Assembly: GCA_035084275.1 (NCBI GenBank)
Contig: CM068745.1
Coordinates: forward strand, 50,778,001 to 50,842,000
Source: Hydrolagus colliei
Taxonomy: Eukaryota
Length of the DNA stretch: 64,000 bases
Reading direction: 5' to 3'
The notes below the pieces were generated by a model. The model was not told the DNA's origin. It made no database searches and saw only the letters and a program-made list of their open reading frames with translations. Within the stretch, counting starts at the first letter, position 1, and the number at the start of each line of letters is the position of its first letter. Both the position numbers and the translations under genes were made by a program. This document shows, piece after piece, positions 11,056 to 22,884 of this stretch.

Positions 11056-13356
11056 ATGGCTTTTCACCATCACAACGTAATTCAGTTAAAAAAAAGCGTA
11101 AAACAGTTAAAAATATATAGAAAATTGACACACCGAGACAAGTATTGCTGAAATGGAAAATAAATGCACCTACATTATTTTTAAAAAGTTTTATTCGGTA
11201 TCATTTCAAATGTACTCGTAAATGTTCAGTTAAATTTTGAAGCAATTAGCCAAATTGTCCATAATTATTAAGGGGGAAATCAATGCAGCCAAAACCCAAT
11301 TCCTAAAAACAAACTTTGTTGATCTCTACTTTTAATTGGTGTTTCCCGTCTTCATATCTTGTTCGATTTCAAATAACTCCGCGATCCACCGAGACACGCC
11401 TTTGAAAAGGTGAAGCTGAGAGTGCTTCAAATTAATTTCTGCCGCCTTTTAAAATGCAATCATTCGCGTAAACAACAAGTCAACGGCCCGCCCAGAAATA
11501 ATGTGGGAGTCGTGGAATTCACGTGTAACACTTGTATGGCAATTGGTTTCAACTTCTATTAAACCATCATAAATGAATAATAGACGTTCACTGCCATGAT
11601 CCTATTGATTTTTCCTCCTGTCTGATACCCTGGCTAATTTCTCTGCTGGTTCAACAAGATGAACGCGGTTCAGTGCGGCAGAGGATATCAGGCTTAGTCC
11701 ACGAACCTTGGGATTCTCTGGCAGAAATCATGCTGTAAATTATTGTTCAAACGTCACCTTATGAATCAGGGTCAGCTCTCGGGTTTGTTTTTAAATTCCC
11801 TTAACTGCAACAGCAGAACGTTTAATGACTCGCGTCTATTAATTCTGTAACACACAACACATTCTTGTCAAGGCTAAGACACACTCCAAACCGACCTGAT
11901 CCTCAGATACAAAACTTGCTCACTGCACATCTGCACTTTACCAGGTCGCATTTAGAAAGAAAAAAAAAGGACTGATTGCCAGAACGTTTCGTAAAAATAT
12001 TTTTTAAAGAATATTTTACTTCCCAAACATCTTACGAAGTGTCGATGGAAAATGGCTAAAAATGCATAAAGTCGGGTTGGTCAATGACAGGTAACATGAA
12101 GCAATAATGATACATTTATTTCAAATAGGCAATGGTAATAATCTCTACCGCAGGTCGGACTATTCACAGCCCCGTTCACCTTATCGTAATTATTGCTGTT
12201 TGTATCGCAATTTGGGATCCAAAAGGATTCTCACAAACGTAATTACAAATACTTTGTAAATAATTCATGGGCAGAGAGATTCAACAAATTAATAAAACGA
12301 ACGATGACAAGAGGCTAATTAAAAACTTTGGTAATTGTTGTCAAGGCAGCTCTGTTGTGTGGCACGTTGGAAAAACCCGCTTTGAAACAAATCTGCCTCG
12401 ATAACAAGAAAAAAAAAGACCCAGTAGGATTTTAAACGCTTTGAACTTTATTTAATTTACATTTATTTTTTAATTGCATTGAACAAGCAATTTATTTCAC
12501 GCCTTTCGCTCTGTGAATTTTCCCCCGACCTGCTCTTTCGCGCGAGGCGTAAAATAGCGGAAATGCCACAAGTGATAGGAACATTTGTTTCCCCCACCCC
12601 CATAGGAAGTGATCAATGACGGAAACCACTTAATGGAAAAAGAAATAGCTTTTGCGTGGATAAAACACACAGTCATTAGAGTTTAAAACGAGACCGTGTG
12701 TAATGCAGCTGTTTCGTTATCAACACTAGATAGTGAATGACGATTCCTTTGTAAATGAATGAAATACACCCAGAACATCATACCCAGTCTCGTCTGTCCG
12801 TCTTAATTCAGTCGGTTTCGTTGTAAATTCAAACTGACCGAATAAATTTATTTAAAAAAAAATTTTGGGAGGTGGGGGTGGGGGGGGGGGGGGGGGGGGA
12901 GGGAGGGAGGGAGGGTTTTCCACACTGCAATCCATCATGTTTACAGTTTACATTCACCACAGTTACTCTCAGCGACCGGCAGACAGACACATGATGGTTT
13001 GAAGAAACCTGACTTTCTGGTAAACGCGCTACAATTTATTACGAACCGTGCATGCGAACCGGGGAACGTTTGTTTCTCATCAAAAAAAAAAAACCCACTT
13101 GGTGAAAGTTTAAACGAAACAGCTAATATTCAACTCGTGGACAATGCGGGATGTTTCATTTGGTTTTCATACCACTGCCTCTGAATATCACTGATAAGCA
13201 AATGAGACAGATTGTTAAATAGGCAGTAACTAGCCCAATCAATCCAAATCTACAATGCACTTAATGGGCGTTTGAGGTGCAGTTTTGCACCTTTTTATTT
13301 GATGGCATTGGAGATTTGGGAGTGGCTTTGTTCGGTTAATAACGAAACAAAATAAA

Positions 13357-13371
13357 CACTAGATGGCAGTG
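13357..13371 (+). promoter_or_regulatory. CTCF core motif candidate
   Basis: CACTAGATGGCAGTG matches the CTCF core CCACYAGRKGGCRS. Confidence 0.5.
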
Positions 13372-14607
13372 TCAGGGGTCATTCCGGTCCGGACCCACCT
13401 AACAAATCACACGTCTGCTTTTTAACTTCAAAAGCGCGGCGATCACCCTATCAGTTATTTCATTCTTTTATCCGGGCATTCTATGTACTCTTTTCCGACA
13501 GATTTGATCCTCAATTCAATATATATAACCATTCTTTTTTTCTCTCTGGGACGCGACCCGCGTGGCTAAAAAAAAGAGGATTATTTTACACCCATTCATT
13601 GTTACACCAGTATCCCTGGTAAATTCATTTACACAAGGAATTCTCAGGCAGTCAAGTGATGACAATAAACATTTAATGAAGGCTGAGACCTGTGTGTCCC
13701 GGGACTGTGTCAGAATAATTTAAATGTTACATTAGCATTACTTCTTCCACATCAAATAAGTGACTAAAAGATCACGGGAGTTTAAGGGGGTGGGGGGGGG
13801 GGGGGGGGGGGGGAGGGGGACATACGAAAGAGCAGTCTCAGATCTATTTCTGTATTGGATCCAAATTGTGAAGATATATTTTTTTCAAATTTCATGAATA
13901 TTGACATTCTCAGCAGTCCCTTACTCAATAAATGAATTCTGCCCATACAGATATAATGCGCGTTTAAAAATGTTAAATACAGTTAATGCAATATTAATCG
14001 CCTTTGGTGATATAAAATGCAATATTTTCAGACAGCAATCGTTTTTTTCCCTGGTAGTGTGCCGAGGAAAAGAGCCACAGCTGCAGTTCTCTCCCAACAA
14101 AAAGCTCTATTTATTGCTTTTGTCTGACTTTTGCCTGCCAAGACTCGGCCACTTTAATGGGGTAAGGACATTTACTTTGTCTTAAATGTGTATCTAGAGC
14201 AACTGGAAGGTTTTTTTGTGCATACCAACCATTGGCTACATTTGATCATGTAATTTCTTGCACGTTTGAGTTGATTCACATCGAGTCAGTAAATAAGCCC
14301 TTTCATTGCCTTCGTTTTGGTAAAAAGGCAGCGCTTCGGAAATAATCTTAAAAATGTAACTCATAATATCATATTAATCTTTCATAGCGACGATTCAGTG
14401 TTTAAACATTTACTAAAAAAAAAGACATTTTATTGTGATAACTTTGCAGAGCGATCGTTCGCTGTGGAAATGAGATTAAATCGCATCGTGGAATATCTGT
14501 AATAGTTATTCTGAACATTTGACATTAATTAAAGTATGTATTGAAAATTATTTACCTACCCCACCCAGATACAACCCAACCTCAATCCAACAATCAATTT
14601 GTCTGTC

Positions 14608-14786
14608 NNNNNNNNNNNNNNNNNNNNNNNNNNNNNNNNNNNNNNNNNNNNNNNNNNNNNNNNNNNNNNNNNNNNNNNNNNNNNNNNNNNNNNNNNNNNN
14701 NNNNNNNNNNNNNNNNNNNNNNNNNNNNNNNNNNNNNNNNNNNNNNNNNNNNNNNNNNNNNNNNNNNNNNNNNNNNNNNNNNNNNN
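14608..14786. other. Assembly gap (N run)
   Basis: N bases. Confidence 1.
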
Positions 14787-15210
14787 AACTTTTCTTCAAT
14801 TGCAATCATGTATGTTCATAACATTTGTTCTAACCTGTACAATACTTTTCAAAACTTTCGGGAACACTGTTATTCAACCGATTGCAGAAGTTAATATTTC
14901 CATGTTATACTTCTTCGTACAGAGTAACGCTTTGGTCGAAGAAAAGCGCGATTTTTACAAATTGAGGTAAGAAACTTGTTTTGGAAGGCAGTGAACGAAA
15001 GAGAGAATCAGGCAGATTCAGGTGTCACTACACTTTGCGCTTTGCTTTCAGAAACGCCTCGGCATCAAATGCAAGATATAAAATGTCCCTTCCACCTTTA
15101 TATTGGCCCAGTGTTGAGCGTACGTCTATTGCACTTCCTGCACACAGTACCATTTGATTTACTTTCAAATCAAAGTCAAGTTACCAACATTTCAACACAG
15201 TGTTTATAAT

Positions 15211-15338
15211 GCCGACGAAGGGTTGTAGATTCGAAACTTTGACTCCCTTTCGTTTCTCCATGGATGCTGCCTGACCTGCTGAGTTTCCCCAGCAACTTCT
15301 GTTTTTGTTTCAGATTCCCAGGATCTGTAGTATTTTGT
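15211..15338 (+). mobile_element. Penelope-type terminal-repeat relic with a degenerate hammerhead-like core
   Basis: CCGACGA-AGGGT..ATTC-GAAAC followed by GATGCTGCCTGACCTGCTGAGTTT, a repeat motif I recall from chondrichthyan genomes. Confidence 0.55.
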
Positions 15339-18300
15339 GTGTTTGTCAGTGTTTATAATTATTTCACTTAGAATAAAAGGCAACGTTTTTCTCATGGTCT
15401 TTGAAATCATCACAATCCTTGCATCATCACCATCGCAATCCCTCCATTTGATATAGCGCTTTTCACATCTTCTAGGCGTCTCAAAGCGCTTCACAGAATC
15501 TACTGTAAAGTGAATTGACTGTGTGTTTTACGGGCGAAACAAAGTACATAACAATGTACACAAAGGCGCCTTCTGAATTGCTAACTGTTATAGGAACTTC
15601 AGATCTTTAATAAACTCTGGTTTGAGATGTCAGGCCAGCAATGATGTGGTCAGAATTCTTCTAGTTGTAACAAATAGCAGGAATGGTGAGTATATTGTAA
15701 CAGGGCCACTTGACTCGATTTTTATTTATATATAAAAATCTAATTTGCTGCTATAGCTAGAACTGTACTGGTGTAAAATTCCACTTCTATTAACAAGGCG
15801 TCTCAGTGCGTCTAGAATTTGTCAAATTGGTTGAATTCAATCTTAGCTTTGAAGCTCGTTTTCTGCAAACCCTTAAAATAACTTGGAGAGAAGCGGCTTG
15901 AAAATCGAGGCCGGGCTTCAGAATCAGCCCCATTCTAAACGCTGTTAAAAGCTAAGTCAGTGGAGCAAAGCTAGAGCCGGTTGTAATTTCTTCCCCATTG
16001 GTTTTTATCGCGCTGTTGACTGTATTCTTGCACTGATGCTTTATTTGTTTCTGTTGGTGTTGTCACCCGACTCGAGTCGCTGCTCGTGTGTGTTCCCGAC
16101 ACCAGCAAACACTGGTTTTCAAGAAGCACATTTCATTCCCTTCATAAAACAGATTAACGATCCGCTATTTCTTGATTGACAACGGTGCGAGAAATAACAG
16201 CCGAGTAGAGTTTAGCTCGGCAGTGACACGAAGCCTGTGTTCAGTTGCGATAATCCACTTTAAGTAGCGATAGCAGGTTCCTACAAGTCTCACAACGTCA
16301 CCGCAGTAACATCAGGAAGTCCAGCTGCAATCTGGGCTGATTCGGGTTGACATGTTCATGTTTTCGAACAAAAAAATACGAACGTAAAATTCCACACCAC
16401 ATTCATTTGTTCTGAACATCGAGAAAACATGCTTTATGTGGCAGTATCTTATTTGAAGTTTAAAATCCTACAAGGGGAGCGAGGGATAACAGTTCCATTC
16501 ATCCCTTTGAACCTCTATTCTAAAGTGATTTCTATATAAAAGACATTATAGCCGGGATCCCTTTAAGTGTAAGACTGTCATTGACAGTGATGCATTATTG
16601 AAAGCTTATCAAACACTTCTGGTGCTCTGACTTTACGCGGCGTGCAGAAGATGAAGTCTGACTGTCTGACTGCACAAAAGCCTCTAATATGTTAATCGCC
16701 GTAGGGGATGCCTAAGGTACCATTTCAAGCTGCTTCGCGCACCATATGTCGGGCCGTTTGCCACATGTATCTATTAATCAAAAAGAAACACACGAGAACA
16801 CCAACCACCCCACCTTCTCTGTCGCGCTAGCTCCCCCCCGAATCATCACAGAATTTAAGAAGTTTGACCTTTTAAGGCAATGCGAGTACCAGCACTGTGT
16901 TGTTGTCAAAGGTGAGTCGCGGTCTGTAACATACCCTCCAATCCCCTGAAAGTGCGACTATCGCAACAGTGTCGATTTTCATTGAGCGCGGCACTGAACA
17001 ACAAGCTCAAAGCTTTCATTTAAAAGGATGTTGGTTTCCTTAATTATTTAACATTTCTTCCTGTCTGCAGCAAATAAAATCTGACGCCATTAACTGATGT
17101 TTAAAGGTTTGGCGTTTCACAATATCACTGTGGATGTTTAGTTCATTCAAATATTTCTGTCAGTAAGACAGGCCACACACACACACACACACAAAGGGAG
17201 ACCGCTCGTGTTATATCACCCTCGTGTTGAGACTTGGAAACCGAGGGTTAATAATTGACGGGTCTAAATTCTCTCTTAAAAGTGAAAACGGGTAACGCGG
17301 AAGGATGAGAAGTAAAAAATCAGATGCCCGTGTCACAGGGGAGGTGGTTAGATCAAACACAGGGACGTGCAGAAGTCATCAGCTTCCTCAGAAGTCAACC
17401 GACCATTGTGAAGAGAGGGATATTCACGTTCACCTACATCTCACCAGGATTGGGGATTCTGATGGACCGACGTTACTGTTACAGCGTTTCCAACACCTTT
17501 AGCGCCTTGAGACGTCATCCTGTGGGTGAAAGGTGTTGTGCAAACATGACTTGTTGTTTATATATATATATATATATTTACTACTGTAGGTGTAAGGTTA
17601 TGAGGGGAGAGTTTGAAGAGGATGGGGATGAGTTGTCTGATACTGACGACCCTACAGAGAAGGTTTAGCCTCTGATGCCATTCAAGTGTCTGAATATCAA
17701 TCTGTGCCTAACACCGGACCGACCAGGAGAGAACAAGACACCCCAGCCATCGGATTAACAACAAAAGCCCCTGACCCCACTTCCAGCTATCAGACCTGTG
17801 GTGACTTCAGCAGGAGAGTTGGATTTAATGTGGGGGTTTATACCCTGGCGATCTTCTGTCATCGGGCAATTCACCGCCTGAGACACACGAAGTTTAGATG
17901 GGGGCAAGGAAACCGTGGTCTGGAAGGTGGAACCACACGCCACACCCCAACCTTTCACACTGACACACAGTCAGCAACAACCTCAGCCACAATCCCCTGC
18001 GAGCCCAGCCCTGAACGTCTTGTAACGTGGCCAACATTTGCAGTCCCCCCCCCCAATACTCTAGTTGTTTCCGATGTGATAAGTTCAGGCTATTCGGGCA
18101 GAGGGAATGAGCTGGCACTGGCAAGAGACACCCAGTGAATCCTTGTGTAATTTTCATGCGCACTAGCACACAGCATTTTGTTCAGCCTAGGAAGAAAAAA
18201 ATAGCCCATATATCTGTCGATTTGGGTTTCCAAGGAATCGTAACTTAATTCCTTTAGGCTATTCATCAGCACAGTAATTAAACTACCAAATGGATGTAAA

Positions 18301-19604
18301 TAAAGTGAAATTGGTTTCATGACAGATGAGACGAAGAGGCCTTTTGACATCAGCAGGGCACGACAATAATTATTTCTGCATGAGGCTATATAGCGAACGC
18401 CAGCTGGATTTATTAGGTGCTACATATTATTTGCTACCAGCACATCGGACAGGAACGAACACGATTCAGCTGTCAGGGTTTTTTTTTTGCATTTAGCAAT
18501 TTGAAAGTACCGATGAAATATTTTATATAAAGGAATAAGTGGATGGCAGCCGAGTTAGAGTAGTTTCGACGCCAAGATCGGTTCCCTTTCCCTACAAAAC
18601 ACGTCCTTCTGTAGTCTGACCAGCCCCTGATGGGAAAAAAAAGCTTTGTTTTAAATATAATTTTTTTTTTGTACAACTTACTTTAGGTGAGCTTACTAGT
18701 TGCTACCTTTCAGCTGGAAATCACCCGCTTTGAATTTTGGGAGAATTGCCACCAGTATTTATTACACACTCATATATAATACTGGCAGCCCGATAATGTA
18801 GCATTAGAATCGGTTGCTTTGATCACTTCAAATGTTACGATTGAATAAAATCAGTTGCATCGAAGTGAATAAATGATCTTAAAGGAAACGTATACATTAG
18901 CCTGCAAAAATTGGGGCAATCGATCTTAAATGAGAATGTTGTGATCCGACCTGACAAGGATATATATATATATAGATATATATATATATCTATATATATA
19001 AATAGTTCTTTCGTACTGGTGACATTGGCATCAGACGCTCGAGAAAACACTAACTATTTGAAATCATCTATAAATTTTGAAACTACCAACTGGTTAATAA
19101 ACCCGCGGCTCTCAAATGTGTTTTGCTGTATCGAGATGGACAAACAGCACCATGATATCAATAGCAAGCCTGAGAGGGAAGCTGGATGGCATCGAAAAGG
19201 AAATGTCAAGCGGAAGGTGCCAGAGCAGATCCCTGGAAATCTGTATTCATTTCGAAATCCTATTTGTTCAGTAATCTCAGCCATCATCACTAAATCTTGG
19301 GGCACTGATGTAGTTCGAGTTGTTGTTGACTTAACGTAAAAATTCAATCACTGGGGTTTTTGCATCAGCCGGGCTACTTATTTGTCTAATAAATCCGTCA
19401 TTTTGTAAGAAAAATATTTGAGCAGCCGTACTTGACCTCTTGATACCCACAAGTCACATTTATTCCAGCAAGTTTGCAAATGTAGAATCACGATGATCAT
19501 TTACTGCCTGGAGCTAATACCCAGCCTTTGTGAAAATGTGTCCAGAAAACATCCTACATGTACTTTCAGTACATTTAATTCTCTCTATATATTGTACAAG
19601 CAAC

Positions 19605-20030
19605 AATATGCCCCCCGCCCCACGCCCACACACACATACACACGTACGCCTTCAATGTATACAAACTCCTACACAATACAGACACATAATGGGAGCGGAT
19701 GCACACTTAAAACACACTGAAATCCCCATAGACAAGACGCAAATCTATACAACATACGCAGCAGATACACACACGTGGAATACATACACACACAATAAAT
19801 GTACCACACGCACATGCAACATAGACAGCCCTAGCCAACACATCAATAATTCATGTGACATACATACAATGCATACGCACCTGCGAAATAAGAGTACAAA
19901 CATATACATAACAAACACATAGATATACAGTTGGACACCACCGCTCTGCAACATCTATAACGTCTATATTTAATTTCGAAATGTACATATAACACAGACA
20001 CAATAGAACAAACATAACACCGTGATTTAA
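19605..20030. repeat. Degenerate CA/ACAT-rich low-complexity tract
   Basis: Strong A+C skew with many ACAC/ATAC units. Confidence 0.7.
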
Positions 20031-22777
20031 CATTATGTAATAAGTGGACTTTGGAAGCGTTAGCCCATGACATTTTCGGAAGCATTGTTTATGATATAAC
20101 ATTGTCCCAGGAACATGCCTGCTCACTAAACAACAACAACAACAAAATTAAATTTCTAGCGTGGCTGTCACGTCGGGAGGACGTCCCAAGGCGCTGAACG
20201 ATTAGGTCGGGATCCGAGCAGGGGGGCGGAGTAGGGGGGAGGAGAGTAGGAGAGGGGGAGAGCGGGAGAGGGGGAAGAGTTAGGAGGGGAGCAGAAAAAG
20301 GCAGTTAAAAGGCAGCAATAAAAGTGTGAGAACCTGTGCCAGGACAAAGCTCAGCAGGGACTCACCATTTGTACAATAAGGAGCTCTCTATTGCTCCCAA
20401 ACTAATTGTATTACAAATGACTAACAGTCCCGGGATGCGGAGAGTTACATGTTTCAGGAATGTTTTGTGTGGGATGAACAAAAACGAAACACAAGCCATA
20501 ATATCTTCCTTTTACACGCGGGGAGGTTGTCAGGTGAATCTGGTCCTCTCAGAAATAAAGTGTGTTAAGAAAACAGGGGGCGTTTTTAAAGTGAAACGTG
20601 ATAAACCCGGCTGGATATTGAAACCCGTATCGCGCACACGGAACTGTAAAGAGTGTCACCGATATGATGTTCGGGGATACGGCTTGAAAGTTTAACAAGC
20701 AATTACTATATTTCGTAACCGAGTCTGACACAAGCGATGGCTTCGCGCACAAAAGGAGCAGCGGGGAGTGTTAGACTGGGGGTCAGCAGATGTATCTCAG
20801 CACATGTGCGGGTTTGTGGTTTCTCACAGCACGCCAACAATAAACGTGCAATAGCGGGCCGCGCATGTTAACGCATGATTGTAAAAAATACACACAACGC
20901 AAGTTGTCACAGCCTGGGGTTTTAAGCAACTTTGAAATACGAAGTCTCGTAATAAGAGTCTTCCGATCGTCGGGGTGTGGGGGGAAAAAAATTGACGCGT
21001 GACCCATAACTAACACAGTGTCGAGAAGAGCAATGCCGAGGATGGAATACATTTATATTGGAACATTTTGAACATGAACATGTTTTCGCGTTGAATTTAT
21101 GCATAGCCAGCCCCGCAGCTTGATTATAACCCAGAGTCCAACATAGACGGAGGGATTCTCTCGTGTGGTGCAATGTCATTACTTTGTAAACATGTCAGTT
21201 ATCCTTCCTGGACTAGTTCTTCATTGTATTTTTCATGTTCGCTGGGCAGTATAGAGCCCTGGTGGTGTAAGATGGAAGGCAGACATCAGAAGTGCTTTTT
21301 TTTTAAATGGTACGCAGAAGATTTGAAATACATATTTTCTTCTACAGACACACACTAAGGTTGGTAAGTCTTGTGATAAAACATGAAAGGCATTGCTGGA
21401 GGAGGTGCTAGTCTTTTGACAAATTCCATGTAGTCCTGCTGTTATGACATATCCTGACTTGCAGCCTATGTAATAAGAGAGAACCCATTTTTAACTGCCA
21501 TGAAAACAGTTTATACTAGAAAAAGTCAATACAATAAAGTAAGCATCTCGAGCCGTAGCTTTCATTAAGTCATTAGTCATAAATGAAACATTTATAGTCA
21601 ATACTAGATTGCGTTTTCATATCGACATTTGCAGAAAGGCAGCCTTTGAACGTGCAGTGAAAGAGATGACCTCAAAATGAATGCAACTGTCCATCGTTAT
21701 CACTTTGCTGCATGGCCGGAGGACATCTCCATCTCTTTTCCAAGATGGTAATCAATGACCTATTAGCATAACTGTTTGGTCTGTCATCTAAATTAGGTGT
21801 AATTAGTACACCATTACCTTTTCACTGTTAAATCACTTCATCATCGCTTCCATACATGGCCCTCACAATGCAAAACAAATAAGGCCTCCCTTTTACCTTT
21901 TATATTTCAAAAGAGTAACTGTGCATATGCGGCCTTTCGGTGGTTAACTTTTCTGTGCTGTATAATAAATGATTAAAATGAATATAAAACTTCAAAATGA
22001 TTTCACTGCCTATTACACTGCTTCAACAGCGAGCCATTTTATTCCCTGGTTTCACAAAAAAAATCAACCAGCAATGCCAATACGCATGCAATACAGCAAC
22101 AGAAGGATATGCTGCTGAGAATATAGTGAGCAGTTTTTAAGGATGTGAATTCTAATTAAACCATTACACTGAAAGCATTTAAAGCAGCAGGATGTCACAA
22201 TTGCTGCTGATATCAATAATTTACCCACAGGTTCTGTGCTTTATAGCCATCTCATTTTAACTTGCATATAATCAAAATGATACTCTCCAATGAGTTAGGC
22301 AACAGATGACATTGGATGAGTAGAGAAGCACTGTTTATGTGATTGCTCCTGTCACTTATAAACTGTGGTGCTATGGTACACATCTTCAGCCTTGGGGACT
22401 TCAGAAAGTGGATCTTTCTGAAAATCTGCTTGCAGGAGGAAGAATAACATGGTGAAACATTGCATCAACAGTGTAAGATTTTTCCTTACATTGAATAGCA
22501 TTCTGAAGATGGATGTCTACCATAAACATTTACAGAGTTTTTTTTGCTTGCACTTCTTCATCCTAATTTTGGTTTAAGAGTCAAAACAAATCAATAGTTT
22601 GTGAATTAAAAGTTTTTTAAATGTATTACTTAGTCTTTTGGGTGGACCACTGGTTTCCCAGTTTTTCAAAATATTCAAATGTATATCAAGATTCAAATCA
22701 AATAATTGGGTAGGATTCAACCCGCATGAGTCGATCCTACCCCACATCATGGCCGCCATTCATGCCGGATGACATCT

Positions 22778-22884
22778 CAGCACTTGGGATGTCTTCCTGA
22801 TATGAAAGGTGCTATATAAATGCAAGATTGTTGTTCTTGTTATATAAATGCAAGTTGTTGTTATATAAATGCAAGTTGTTGTTG
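22778..22884 (+). mobile_element. L2-type 3' tail with triplicated terminal motif
   Basis: TATATAAATGCAAG(A)TTGTTG occurs three times in tandem, 22813-22884. Confidence 0.8.

Noticed and set aside
16574-16588. Palindrome ACTGTCA-T-TGACAGT (paired Meis/TGIF sites)
   Set aside because: A single short palindrome is expected by chance in 64 kb, and there is no supporting context.
18911-19339. 142-aa ORF
   Set aside because: Runs through a (TA)n repeat; no domain similarity or convincing splice context.
19493-20126. Thr/His- and Val/Cys-rich ORFs
   Set aside because: Translations of a CA-rich low-complexity tract.
21246-21265. Possible reverse CTCF site at the CpG boundary (CCACCAGGGCTCTA)
   Set aside because: Mismatches in the critical GGC core make it too weak to call.
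22813-22884. CRISPR-like direct repeats
   Set aside because: No unique spacers or cas genes, and the context is eukaryotic; it is a retroposon tail.
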